Source: Eledone cirrhosa (lineage: Eukaryota). Taken from it: a stretch of DNA of 64,000 nt. The position numbers and the translations under genes were made by a program. Each line of letters begins with the position of its first letter. The stretch's first letter is position 1. The notes under the pieces were generated by a model that ran no database searches, was not told where the DNA came from, and saw nothing but the letters and a program-made list of their open reading frames with translations. Of the stretch, positions 40,155 to 54,100 are shown in pieces. The stretch spans positions 165,664,001 through 165,728,000 of the forward strand of contig OZ024742.1 of NCBI GenBank assembly GCA_964016885.1. The letters are read 5' to 3'.

Positions 40155-40574
40155 TTCTAATTTCAAACTCGCGCACCGTTTCAAAAACATACTTACATGT
40201 TTACGTTTATAATTTGCTTGTATATATATATATATATATCAAAAGTAAAACTATATATACAAAGCTGAAAGGAAAGTAGCGAATTATATATGATAGTATA
40301 TATATCTCTATGTATAAGCCTATGAGATATATATATTTCTATATAGCCTATGTATATAGATATTGATTATGTGAATTGTTTCATAATATTTCAAATAATT
40401 GGATGTACACCTCCCTTGAAACATGTGTAAAGAAATAAAATATGATTTAAAAGATCATTTTTCCATCTATGCTTTTGTTTATATATATAGTTGCTTTTCA
40501 GATTTTCCCAATGTTTCTTAAGTCAACTGGATATATAAAATATATAATATTTATGAAATTTTCTTCTCTTCTAG

Positions 40575-40706
40575 ATCATTCCACGAACTATGTTTGGTTT
40601 ATTAGCTCTGATTATTCAGAAGCAAACAACACAAATCAAAGAATTGCCCACACGACTTGAGAAAGACAAGATGAAGGACTATGCTCAGCTGGAAGAAAGA
40701 TACGAA
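40575..40706 (+). CDS. WASHC5: WASHC5 exon G (132 nt): IIPRTMFGLLALIIQKQTTQIKELPTRLEKDKMKDYAQLEERYE
   Basis: Acceptor CTCTTCTAG, donor GTATGT. In frame with ORF-track 40590. PTRL.KDK..DYAQL..RYE motif. Confidence 0.96.
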
Positions 40707-40864
40707 GTATGTGGTGTCCATCATCTCATAATTTTAAGATACCTGCTTATGACTTGGATCAGTTTAAGCAGAACATTAGAAGTATCAATCTCACCAGTCT
40801 TGGAAAGCCAGTGAAGAGAATGGGCACAGCCCCTTTCTCCAGACCCAACAAATAAAAAAAATGT

Positions 40865-40952
40865 GTGGAGCTGTGTGGCTTACTGGTTAGGGTTGAGTTC
40901 ACAATCATAAGGTCATGGGGTTGATTCCTAGACTATATGATGTGTTGTGTCC
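40865..40952 (+). mobile_element. Decayed tRNA-derived SINE head
   Basis: TGGCTTACTGGTTAG (A-box-like) ... GGTTGATTCC (B-box-like) ... GATGTGTTGTGTCC, similar to 35703-35792. Confidence 0.55.
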
Positions 40953-41503
40953 CTACAAAAAAATTAGGGGAGTCTCTCAATCATTTAATATCCATGAAAC
41001 CGTGATAAACTCCAGGTTTCATCCAACCTGTGTAAAGCATGGAAAAATAGATGTAGAATGATAGCAGCATATACAGACCTCTTGAATAGAACAAGCATTG
41101 CTTCAGTAAAAGTAAATATGGTGACAGAACAAAGGTGACAGTGTTTGGGAAGGTAACTCAAATGGAGACACTATAGGGTTTGAGAGGAATATCCTGTCTG
41201 GCCTAGCATGTGATAACCTCTTTAGTACTGATGCCACAACATAATGCACTTAGTACACCCTATGCTGGTATCAAAAAAATGCACTCAGAACACTCTGTAA
41301 GGTAGTTGGTATTAGGAAGGGCATCCAGCCATAGAAACTATGTCAAATATGACATTGTAACAATTTGGTGCTCCAACCCATCTGGTCTCAGACAGTGACA
41401 ACCTCTCCAACCCAGTGTAGAAAGGGATATATAATGATGTTGACCTGATTCCTATATTCCCATATATTCTTTAATCCTTGCTTGTTTTGTTGTTTTTTTA
41501 TAG

Positions 41504-41584
41504 GTTGCTCGTCTGACACACTCAATTTCTGTCTTTACTGAAGGAATGTTGATGATGAAGACCACTCTGGTTGGAATAATCAAA
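41504..41584 (+). CDS. WASHC5: WASHC5 exon H (81 nt): [27 protein letters not shown]
   Basis: Acceptor TTTTATAG, donor GTAAGT. Conserved [21 protein letters not shown]. Ends in phase 0. The next expected exon (VDPKQLLEDG...) is not in the window. Confidence 0.97.
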
Positions 41585-41666
41585 GTAAGTTCAATATCAT
41601 TAAGGGACATGACAGAATCATTAGAGAGTCAGACAAAATACATTGTATTATATTTCCTGATTCTTT

Positions 41667-42045
41667 AGGGCAGTAGATTGGCAGTATTGGTTAGGCATTG
41701 GACATGCATTGCAGCATAGAGTTATGGCCCTTTATGTTCTGAGTTCAAATCCCGTCGAGCTTAGCTTTATCTTTCATTCTTGCAGGGTTGATAAAATAAA
41801 GTACCAGTAATGCACTGGGGTCGATTTCTTTGACAACCCATCCCCCCAAAAAAATTGTTGGCCCTGTGCCTAAATCAGAAATCATTATATTTCCTGGTTC
41901 TTTACATTCTGATTTCAAATCCTACTAAGGACAACTTTGCCTTTAATCCTTCTGGGGTTGATAAAATAAAGTATCAGTCAAGTATTAGGGTTGATGTAAT
42001 TGACCCTTTCCTCTCCCTCCTGCTGGCCTTGTACCTAAATTTAAA
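41667..42045 (+). mobile_element. SINE plus a tandem partial second copy
   Basis: TTCTGAGTTCAAATCCC...GGGTTGATAAAATAAAGTACCAGT...GGGGTCGAT...TGGCCCTGTGCCTAAAT (41737-41876) is repeated in degenerate form at 41907-42041. Resembles an abundant octopus SINE as I recall it; not database-checked. Confidence 0.7.
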
Positions 42046-42149
42046 AAAACATTATTTTATCCCCCACCCCACCCTGCCTCTTAGTTTATTACAAGTCGTC
42101 TTCAACATGAAGAAGTCGATTGTTAGATTGAACCGCAGAAACAGTTACA

Positions 42150-45100
42150 TCTGTCAGTCACAACTCCTGATAGGAACATCACTGCTTTCTGCAGTACCAG
42201 GAGGAGGAATGTCACAACTCCTGATAGGAACATCACTGCTTTCTACAATTCCAGAATGAGGTGTCAGTCACAACTCCTGATAGGAACATCACTGCTTACT
42301 ACAGTTCCAGAATGAGGTGTCAGTCACAACTCCTGATAGGAACATCACTGCTTTCTACTGTTCCAGAATGAGGTGTCAGTCACAACTCCTGATAGGAACA
42401 TCACTGCTTTCTACAGTTCCAGAATGAGGTGCCATTCACAACTCCTGATAGGAGCATCACTGCTTTCTAGAATTCCAGAATGAGGTGTCAGTCACAACTC
42501 CTGATAGGAACATCACTGCTTTCTACAATTCCAGAATGAGGTGTCAGTCACAACTCCTGATAGGAACATCACTGCTTTCTACAATTCCAGAATGAGGTGT
42601 CAGTCACAACTCCTGATAGGAACATCACTGCTTTCTACAATTCCAGAATGAAGTGTCAGTCACAACTCCTGATAGGAACATCACTGCTTTCTACAGTTCC
42701 AGAATGAGGTGTCAGTCACAACTCCTGATAGGAACATCACTGCTTTCTTCAGTTCCAGAATGAGGTGTCAGTCACAACTCCTGATAGGAACATCACTGCT
42801 TTCTACAGTTCCAGGATGAGGTATAAGTCACAACTCCTGATAGGAACATCACTGCTTTCTACTGTTCCAGGATGAGGTGTCAGTCACAACTCCTGATAGG
42901 AACATCACTGCTTTCTACAGTTCCAGCATGAGGTATCAGTCACAACTCCTGATAGGAACATCACTGCTTTCTACAGTTCCAGCATGAGGTGTCAGTCACA
43001 ACTCCTGATAGGAACATCACTGCTTTCTACAATTCCAGAATGAGGTGTCAGTCACAACTCCTGATAGGAACATCACTGCTTTCTACAGTTCCAGGATGAG
43101 GTGTCAGTCACAACTCCTGATAGGAACATCACTGCTTTCTACAGTTCCAGGATGAGGTGTCAGTCACAACTCCTAATAGGAACATCACTGCTTTCTACAG
43201 TTCCAGGATGAGGTGTAAGTCACAACTCCTGATAGGAACATCACTGCTTTCTACAGTTCCAGGATGAGATGTCTGTCACAACTCCTGATAGGAACATCAC
43301 TGCTTTCTACAGTTCCAGGATGAGGTGTAAGTCACAACTCCTGATAGGAACATCACTGCTTTCTACAGTTCCAGGATGAGATGTCTCTCACAACTCCTGA
43401 TAGGAACATCACTGCTTTCTACAGTTCCAGGATGAGATGTCTCTCACAACTCCTGATAGGAACATCACTGCTTTCTACAGTTCCAAGATGAGGTGTAAGT
43501 CACAACTCCTGATAGGAACAGCACTGCTTTCTACAGTTCCAGGATGAGGTGTCAGTCACAACTCCTGATAGGAACATCACTGCTTTCTACAGTTCCAGGA
43601 TGAGGTGTAAGTCACAACTCCTGATAGGAACATCACTGCTTTCTACTGTTCCAGAATGAAGTGTCAGTCACAACTCCTGATAGGAACATCACTGCTTTCT
43701 ACAGTTCCAGGATGAGGTGTAAGTCACAACTCCTGATAGGACCATCACTGCTTTCTACAGTTCCAGGATGAGGTGTAAGTCACAACTCCTGATAGGAACA
43801 TCACTGCTTTCTACAGTTCCAGGATGAGGTGTCAGTCACAACTCCTGATAGGAACATCACTGCTTTCTACAGTTCCAGGATGAGGTCTAAGTCACAACTC
43901 CTGATAGGAACATCACTGCTTTCTACAGTTCCAGGATGAGGTGTAAGTCACAACTCCTGATAGGAACATCACTGCTTTCTACAGTTCCAGGATGAGGTGT
44001 CAGTCACAACTCCTGATAGGAGCATCACTGCTTTCTACAGTTCCAGGATGAGGTGTAAGTCACAGCTCCTGATAGGAACATCACTGCTTTCTACAGTTCC
44101 AGATGAGATGTCTGTGACAACTCCTGATAGGAACATCACTGCTTTCTACTGTTCCAGAAGGAGGTGTCAGTCACAACTCCTGATAGAACATCACTGCTTT
44201 CTACAGTTCCAGAATGAGGTGTCAGTCACAACTCCTGATAGGAACATCACTGCTTTCTACAGTTCCAGGATGAGGTGTCAGTCACAACTCCTGATAGAAC
44301 ATCACTGCTTTCTACTGTTCCAGGATGGAGAATGTCAACAACTCCTGATAGGAACATCACTGCTTTCTACAGTTCCAGAATGAGGTGTCAGTCACAACTC
44401 CTGATAGGAACATCACTGCTTTCTAGAGTTCCAGAATGAGGTGTCAGTCACAACTCCTGATAGGAACATCACTGCTTTCTACAGTTCCAGAATGAGTTGT
44501 CAGTCACAACTCCTGATAGGAACATCACTACTTTCTACAGTTCCAGGATGAGGTGTCAGTCACAACTCCTGATAGGAACATCACTACTTTCTACAGTTCC
44601 AGGATGAGGTGTCAGTCACAACTCCTGATAGGAACATCACTGATTTCTACAGTTCCAGGATGAGATGTCTGTCACAACTCCTGATAGGAACACCACTACT
44701 TTCTACAGTTCCAGGATGAGGTGTCAGTCACAACTCCTGATAGAACATCACTGCTTTCTACTATTCCAGGATGGAGAATGTCAACAACTCCTGATAGGAA
44801 CATCACTGCTTTCTACAGTTCCAGAATGAGGTGTCAGTCACAACTCCTGATAGGAACATCACTGCTTTCTAGAGTTCCAGAATGAGGTGTCAGTCACAAC
44901 TCCTGATAGGAACATCACTGCTTTCTACAGTTCCAGGATGAGATGTCTGTCACAACTTCTGATAGGAACATCACTGCTTTCTACAGTTCCAGGATGAGGT
45001 GTCAGTCACAACTCCTGATAGGAACATCACTGCTTTCTACTGTTCCAGGATGAGGTGTAAGTCACACCTCCTGATAGGAACATCACTGCTTTCTACAGTT

Positions 45101-48100
45101 CCAGGATGAGATGTCTGTCACAACTCCTGATAGGAACATCACTGCTTTCTACAGTTGCAGGATGAGGTGTCAGTCACAACTCCTGATAGGAACAATACTG
45201 CTTACTACAGTTCCAGAATGAGGTGTCAGTCACAACTCCTGATAGGAACATCACTGCTTTCTACAGTTCCAGGATGAGGTGTCAGTCACAACTCCTGATA
45301 GGAACATCACTGCTTTCTAGAGTTCCAGAATGAGGTGTCAGTCACAACTCCTGATAGGAACATCACTGCTTTCTACAGTTCCAGAATGAGTTGTCAGTCA
45401 CAACTCCTGATAGGAACATCACTACTTTCTACAGTTCCAGGATGAGGTGTCAGTCACAACTCCTGATAGGAACATCACTACTTTCTACAGTTCCAGGATG
45501 AGGTGTCAGTCACAACTCCTGATAGGAACATCACTGATTTCTACAGTTCCAGGATGAGATGTCTGTCACAACTCCTGATAGGAACACCACTGCTTTCTAC
45601 AGTTCCAGGATGAGGTGTCAGTCACAACTCCTGATAGAACATCACTGATCTCTACAGTTCCAGAATGAGGTGTCAGTCACAACTCCTGATAGGAACATCA
45701 CTGCTTTCTACAGTTCCAGGATGAGGTGTCAGTCACAACTCCTGATAGAACATCACTGCTTTCTACTGTTCCAGGATGGAGAATGTCAACAACTCCTGAT
45801 AGGAACATCACTGCTTTCTACAGTTCCAGAATGAGGTGTCAGTCACAACTCCTGATAGGAACATCACTGCTTTCTAGAGTTCCAGAATGAGGTGTCAGTC
45901 ACAACTCCTGATAGGAACATCACTGCTTTCTACAGTTCCAGGATGAGATGTCTGTCACAACTCCTGATAGGAACATCACTGCTTTCTACAGTTCCAGGAT
46001 GAGTTGTCAGTCACAACTCCTGATAGGAACATCACTGCTTTCTACTGTTCCAGGATGAGGTGTCAGTCACAACTCCTGATAGGAACATCACTACTTTCTA
46101 CAGTTCCAGCATGAGGTGTCAGTCACAACTCCTGATAGGAACATCACTGCTTTCTACTGTTCCAGGATGAGGTGTAAGTCACACCTCCTGATAGGAACAT
46201 CACTGCTTTCTACTGTTCCAGGATGAGATGTCTGTCACAACTCCTGATAGGAACATCACTGCTTTCTACAGTTCCAGGATGAGATGTCAGTCACAACTCC
46301 TGATAGGAACATCACTGCTTTCTACAGCTCCAGAATGAGGTGTCAGTCGCAACTCCTGATAGGAACATCACTGCTTTCTACATTTCCAGGATTAGGTGTA
46401 AGTCACAACTCCTGATAGGAACATGACTGCTTTCTACTGTTCCAGGATGAGGTGTAAGTCACACCTCCTGATAGGAACATCACTGCTTTCTACTGTTCCA
46501 GGATGAGGTGTCAGTCACAACTCCTGATAGGAACATCACTGCTTTCTACAGTTCCAGGATGAGATGTCTGTCACAACTCCTGATAGGAACATCACTGCTT
46601 TCTACAGTTCCAGGATGAGATGTCTGTCACAACTCCTGATAGGAACATCACTGCTTTCTACAGTTCCAGGATGAGGTGTCAGTCACAACTCCTGATAGGA
46701 ACATCACTGCTTTCTACTGTTCCAGGATGAGGTGTAAGTCACACCTCCTGATAGGAACATCACTGCTTTCTACAGTTCCAGGATGAGATGTCTGTCACAA
46801 CTCCTGATAGGAACATCACTGCTTTCTACAGCTCCAGAATGAGGTGTCAGTCGCAACTCCTGATAGGAACATCACTGCTTTCTACATTTCCAGGATTAGG
46901 TGTAAGTCACAACTCCTGATAGGAACATGACTGCTTTCTACTGTTCCAGGATGAGGTGTAAGTCACACCTCCTGATAGGAACATCACTGCTTTCTACTGT
47001 TCCAGGATGAGGTGTCAGTCACAACTCCTGATAGGAACATCACTACTTTCTACAGTTCCAGCATGAGGTGTCAGTCACAACTCCTGATAGGAACATCACT
47101 GCTTTCTACTGTTCCAGGATGAGGTGTAAGTCACACCTCCTGATAGGAACATCACTGCTTTCTACTGTTCCAGAATGAGGTGTCAGTTACAACTCCTGAT
47201 AGGAACATCACTGCTTTCTACAGTTCCAGGATGAGGTGTAAGTCACAACTCCTGATAGGAACATCACTGCTTTCTACAGTTCCAGGATGAGATGTCTGTC
47301 ACAACTCCTGATAGGAACATCACTGCTTTCTACAGTTCCAGGATGAGGTGTCAGTCACAACTCCTGATAGGAACATCACTGCTTACTACATTTCCAGAAT
47401 GAGGTGTCAGTCACAACTCCTGATAGGAACATCACTGCTTTCTACAGTTCCAGGATGAGGTGTCAGTCACAACTCCTGATAGGAACATCACTGCTTTCTA
47501 CAGTTCCAGGATGAGGTGTCAGTCACAACTCCTGATAGGAACATCACTGCTTTCTACAGTTCCAGGATGAGGTGTCAGTCACAACTCCTGATAGGAACAT
47601 CACTGCTTTCTACAGTTCCAGGATGAGGTGTCAGTCACAACTCCTGATAGGAACATCACTGCTTTCTACAGTTCCAGGATGAGGTGTCAGTCACAACTCC
47701 TGATAGGAACATCACTGCTTTCTACAGTTCCAGGATGAGATGTCTGTCACAACTCCTGATAGGAACATCACTGCTTTCTACAGTTCCAGGATGAGGTGTC
47801 AGTCACAACTCCTGATAGGAACATCACTGCTTTCTACAGCTCCAGAATGAGGTGTCAGTCGCAACTCCTGATAGGAACATCACTGCTTTCTACAGTTCCA
47901 GGATGAGGTGTAAGTCACAACTCCTGATAGGAACATCACTGCTTTCTACAGTTCCAGGATGAGATGTCTGTCACAACTCCTGATAGGAACATCACTGCTT
48001 TCTACAGTTCCAGGATGAGGTGTCAGTCACAACTCCTGATAGGAACATCACTGCTTACTACATTTCCAGAATGAGGTGTCAGTCACAACTCCTGATAGGA

Positions 48101-51100
48101 ACATCACTGCTTTCTACAGTTCCAGGATGAGGTGTCAGTCACAACTCCTGATAGGAACATCACTGCTTTCTACAGTTCCAGGATGAGGTGTCAGTCACAA
48201 CTCCTGATAGGAACATCACTGCTTTCTACAGTTCCAGGATGAGGTGTCAGTCACAACTCCTGATAGGAACATCACTGCTTTCTACAGTTCCAGGATGAGG
48301 TGTCAGTCACAACTCCTGATAGGAACATCACTGCTTTCTACAGTTCCAGGATGAGGTGTCAGTCACAACTCCTGATAGGAACATCACTGCTTTCTACAGT
48401 TCCAGGATGAGATGTCTGTCACAACTCCTGATAGGAACATCACTGCTTTCTACAGTTCCAGGATGAGGTGTCAGTCACAACTCCTGATAGGAACATCACT
48501 GCTTTCTACAGCTCCAGAATGAGGTGTCAGTCGCAACTCCTGATAGGAACATCACTGCTTTCTACAGTTCCAGGATTAGGTCTAAGTCACAACTCCTGAT
48601 AGGAACATGACTGCTTTCTACTGTTCCAGGATGAGATGTCTGTCACAACTCCTGATAGGAACATCACTGCTTTCTACAGTTGCAGGATGAGGTGTCAGTC
48701 ACAACTCCTGATAGGAACATTACTGCTTACTACAGTTCCAGAATGAGGTGTCAGTCACAACTCCTGATAGGAACATCACTGCTTTCTACAGTTCCAGGAT
48801 GAGGTGTATGTCACAACTCCTGATAGGAACATCACTGCTTTCTACAGTTCCAGGATGAGGTGTCAGTCACAACTCCTGATAGGAACATCACTGCTTTCTA
48901 CAGTTCCAGGATGAGGTGTAAGTCACAACTCCTGATTGGAACATCACTGCTTTCCACAGTTCCAGGATGAGGTGTAAGTCACAACTCCTGATAGGAACAT
49001 CACTGCTTTCTACAGTTCCAGGATGAGGTGTCAGTCACAACTCCTGATAGGAACATCACTGCTTTCTACAGTTCCAGGATGAGTTGTCAGTCACAACTCC
49101 TGATAGGAACATCACTGCTTTCTACAGTTCCAGCATGAGGTGTCAGTCACAACTCCTGATAGGAACATCACTGCTTTCTACAATTCCAGAATGAGGTGTC
49201 AGTCACAACTCCTGATAGGAACATCACTGCTTTCTACAGTTCCAGGATGAGGTTTCAGTCACAACTCCTGATAGGAACATCACTGCTTTCTACAGTTCCA
49301 GGATGAGGTGTCAGTCACAACTCCTGATAAGAACATCACTGCTTTCTACAGTTCCAGGATGAGATGTCTGTCACAACTCCTGATAGGAACATCACTGCTT
49401 TCTACAGTTCCAGAATGAGGTGTCAGTCACAACTCCTGATAGGAACATCACTGCTTTCTACAGTTCCAGGATAAGGTGTAAGTCACAACTCCTGATAGGA
49501 ACATCACTGCTTTCTACAGTTCCAGGATGAGGTGTCAGTCACAACTCCTGATAGGAACATCACTGCTTTCTACAGTTCCAGCATGAGGTGTCAGTCACAA
49601 CTCCTGATAGGAACATCACTGCTTTCTACAGTTCCAGGATGAGATGTCTGTCACAACTCCTGATAGGAACATCACTGCTTTCTACAGTTGCAGGATGAGG
49701 TGTCAGTCACAACTCCTGATAGGAACAATACTGCTTACTACAGTTCCAGAATGAGGTGTCAGTCACAACTCCTGATAGGAACATCACTGCTTTCTACAGT
49801 TCCAGGATGAGGTGTAAGTCACAACTCCTGATAGGAACATCACTGCTTTCTACAGTTCCAGAATGAGGTGTCAGTCACAACTCCTGATAGGAACATCACT
49901 GCTTTCTACAGTTCCAGAATGAGGTGTCAGTCACAACTCCTGATAGGAACATCACTGCTTTCTACAGTTCCAGGATGAGATGTCTGTCACAACTCCTGAT
50001 AGGAACATCACTGCTTTCTACAGTTCCAGGATGAGGTGTCAGTCACAACTCCTGATAGGAACATCACTGCTTTCTACTGTTCCAGGATGAGGTGTCAGTC
50101 ACAACTCCTGATAGGAACATCACTACTTTCTACAGTTCCAGCATGAGGTGTCAGTCACAACTCCTGATAGGAACATCACTGCTTTCTACAGTTCCAGGAT
50201 GAGGTGTCAGTCACAACTCCTGATAGGAACATCACTGCTTTCTACAGCTCCAGAATGAGGTGTCAGTCGCAACTCCTGATAGGAACATCACTGCTTTCTA
50301 CAGTTCCAGGATTAGGTCTAAGTCACAACTCCTGATAGGAACATGACTGCTTTCTACCTGTTCCAGGGTGAGATGTCTGTCACAACTCCTGATAGGAACA
50401 TCACTGCTTTCTACAGTTGCAGGTTGAGGTGTCAGTCACAACTCCTGATAGGAACATTACTGCTTACTACAGTTCCAGAATGAGGTGTCAGTCACAACTC
50501 CTGATAGGAACATCACTGCTTTCTACAGTTCCAGGATGAGGTGTATGTCACAACTCCTGATAGGAACATCACTGCTTTCTACAGTTCCAGGATGAGGTGT
50601 CAGTCACAACTCCTGATAGGAACATCACTGCTTTCTACAGTTCCAGGATGAGGTGTAAGTCACAACTCCTGATGGGAACATCACTGCTTTCTACAGTTCC
50701 AGGATGAGGTGTAAGTCACAACTCCTGATAGGAACATCACTGCTTTCTACAGTTCCAGGATGAGGTGTCAGTCACAACTCCTGATAGGAACATCACTGCT
50801 TTCTACAGTTCCAGGATGAGTTGTCAGTCACAACTCCTGATAGGAACATCACTGCTTTCTACAGTTCCAGCATGAGGTGTCAGTCACAACTCCTGATAGG
50901 AACATCACTGCTTTCTACAATTCCAGAATGAGGTGTCAGTCACAACTCCTGATAGGAACATCACTGCTTTCTACAGTTCCAGGATGAGGTTTCAGTCACA
51001 ACTCCTGATAGGAACAGCACTGCTTTCTACAGTTCCAGGATGAGGTGTCAGTCACAACTCCTGATAAGAACATCACTGCTTTCTACAGTTCCAGGATGAG

Positions 51101-54100
51101 ATGTCTGTCACAACTCCTGATAGGAACATCACTGCTTTCTACAGTTCCAGAATGAGGTGTCAGTCACAACTCCTGATAGGAACATCACTGCTTTCTACAG
51201 TTCCAGGATAAGGTGTAAGTCACAACTCCTGATAGGAACATCACTGCTTTCTACAGTTCCAGGATGAGGTGTCAGTCACAACTCCTGATAGGAACATCAC
51301 TGCTTTCTACAGTTCCAGCATGAGGTGTCAGTCACAACTCCTGATAGGAACATCACTGCTTTCTACAATTCCAGAATGAGGTGTCAGTCACAACTCCTGA
51401 TAGGAACATCACTGCTTTCTACAGTTCCAGGATGAGGTTTCAGTCACAACTCCTGATAGGAACATCACTGCTTTCTACAGTTCCAGGATGAGGTGTCAGT
51501 CACAACTCCTGATAGGAACATCACTGCTTTCTACAGTTCCAGGATGAGATGTCTGTCACAACTCCTGATAGGAACATCACTGCTTTCTACAGTTCCAGAA
51601 TGAGGTGTCAGTCACAACTCCTGATAGGAACATCACTGCTTTCTACAGTTCCAGGATAAGGTGTAAGTCACAACTCCTGATAGGAACATCACTGCTTTCT
51701 ACAGTTCCAGGATGAGATGTCTCTCACAACTCCTCATAGGAACATCACTGCTTTCTACAGTTCCAGGATGAGGTGTAAGTCACAATTCCTGATAGGAACA
51801 TCACTGCTTTCTACAGTTCCAGAATGAGGTGTCAGTCACAACTCCTGATAGGAACATCACTGCTTTTTCTACAGTTCCAGGATGAGGTGTAAGTCACAAC
51901 TCCTGATAGGAACATCACTGCTTTCTACTGTTCCAGGATGAGGTGTCAGTCACAACTCCTGATAGGAACATCACTGCTTTCTACAGTTCCAGGATGAGGT
52001 GTCAGTCACAACTCCTGATAGAAACATCACTGCTTTCTACAGTTCCAGAATGAGGTGTCAGTCACAACTCCTGATAGGAACATCACTGCTTTCTACAGTT
52101 CCAGAATGAGGTGTCAGTCACAACTCCTAATAGGAACATCACTGCTTTCTACAGTTCCAGGATGAGCTGTAAGTCACAACTCCTGATAGGAACATCACTG
52201 CTTTCTACAGTTCCAGGATGAGGTGTCAGTCACAACTCCTGATAGGAACATCACTGCTTTCTACAGTTCCAGGATGAGGTGTAAGTCACAACTCCTGATA
52301 GGAACATCACTGCTTTCTACAGTTCCAGGATGAGGTGTAGGTCAGAACTCCTGATAGGAACATCACTGCTTTCTACAGTTCCAGGATGAGGTGTCAGTCA
52401 CAACTCCTGATAGGAACATCACTGCTTTCTACAGTTCCAGCATGAGGTGTCAGTCACAACTCCTGATAGGAACATCACTGCTTTCTACAATTCCAGAATG
52501 AGGTGTCAGTCACAACTCCTGATAGGAACATCACTGCTTTCTACAGTTCCAGGATGAGGTTTCAGTCACAACTCCTGATAGGAACATCACTGCTTTCTAC
52601 AGTTCCAGGATGAGGTGTCAGTCACAACTCCTGATAGGAACATCACTGCTTTCTACAGTTCCAGGATGAGGTGTAAGTCACAACTCCTGATGGGAACATC
52701 ACTGCTTTCTACAGTTCCAGGATGAGGTGTAAGTCACAACTCCTGATAGGAACATCACTGCTTTCTACAGTTCCAGGATGAGGTGTCAGTCACAACTCCT
52801 GATAGGAACATCACTGCTTTCTACAGTTCCAGGATGAGTTGTCAGTCACAACTCCTGATAGGAACATCACTGCTTTCTACAGTTCCAGCATGAGGTGTCA
52901 GTCACAACTCCTGATAGGAACATCACTGCTTTCTACAATTCCAGAATGAGGTGTCAGTCACAACTCCTGATAGGAACATCACTGCTTTCTACAGTTCCAG
53001 GATGAGGTTTCAGTCACAACTCCTGATAGGAACATCACTGCTTTCTACAGTTCCAGGATGAGGTGTCAGTCACAACTCCTGATAAGAACATCACTGCTTT
53101 CTACAGTTCCAGGATGAGATGTCTGTCACAACTCCTGATAGGAACATCACTGCTTTCTACAGTTCCAGAATGAGGTGTCAGTCACAACTCCTGATAGGAA
53201 CATCACTGCTTTCTACGGTTCCAGGATAAGGTGTAAGTCACAACTCCTGATAGGAACATCACTGCTTTCTACAGTTCCAGGATGAGGTGTCAGTCACAAC
53301 TCCTGATAGGAACATCACTGCTTTCTACAATTCCAGAATGAGGTGTCAGTCACAACTCCTGATAGGAACATCACTGCTTTCTACAGTTCCAGGATGAGGT
53401 TTCAGTCACAACTCCTGATAGGAACATCACTGCTTTCTACAGTTCCAGAATGAGGTGTTAGTCACAACTCCTGATAGGAACATCACTGCTTTCTACAGTT
53501 CCAGGATGAGATGTCTGTCACAACTCCTGATAGGAACATCACTGCTTTCTACAGTTCCAGGATAAGGTGTAAGTCACAACTCCTGATAGGAACATCACTG
53601 CTTTCTACAGTTCCAGGATGAGATGTCTCTCACAACTCCTCATAGGAACATCACTGCTTTCTACAGTTCCAGGATGAGGTGTAAGTCACAACTCCTGATA
53701 GGAACATCACTGCTTTCTACAGTTCCAGAATGAGGTGTCAGTCACAACTCCTGATAGGAACATCACTGCTTTTTCTACAGTTCCAGGATGAGGTGTAAGT
53801 CACAACTCCTGATAGGAACATCACTGCTTTCTACAGTTCCAGGATGAGATGTCTCTCACAACTCCTGATAGGAACATCACTGCTTTCTACAGTTCCAGGA
53901 TGAGGTGTAAGTCACAACTCCTGATAGGAACATCACTGCTTTCTACAGTTCCAGAATGAGGTGTCAGTCACAACTCCTGATAGGAACATCACTGCTTTCT
54001 ACAGTTCCAGAATGAGGTGTCAGTCACAACTCCTGATAGGAACATCACTGCTTTCTACAGTTCCAGGATGAGATGTCTCTCACAACTCCTGATAGGAACA

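Noticed and set aside
42085-42150. Possible extra exon after CCTCTTAG
   Set aside because: The phase-0 reading hits TAG after 13 codons and shows no strumpellin similarity.
42150-44383. Satellite 2 peptide SQLLIGTS as a relic of the next exon (KQLLEDG) and ORFs 41855 and 43997
   Set aside because: Only QLL matches, which is too short to support homology. The 56-bp period shifts frame and has stops.
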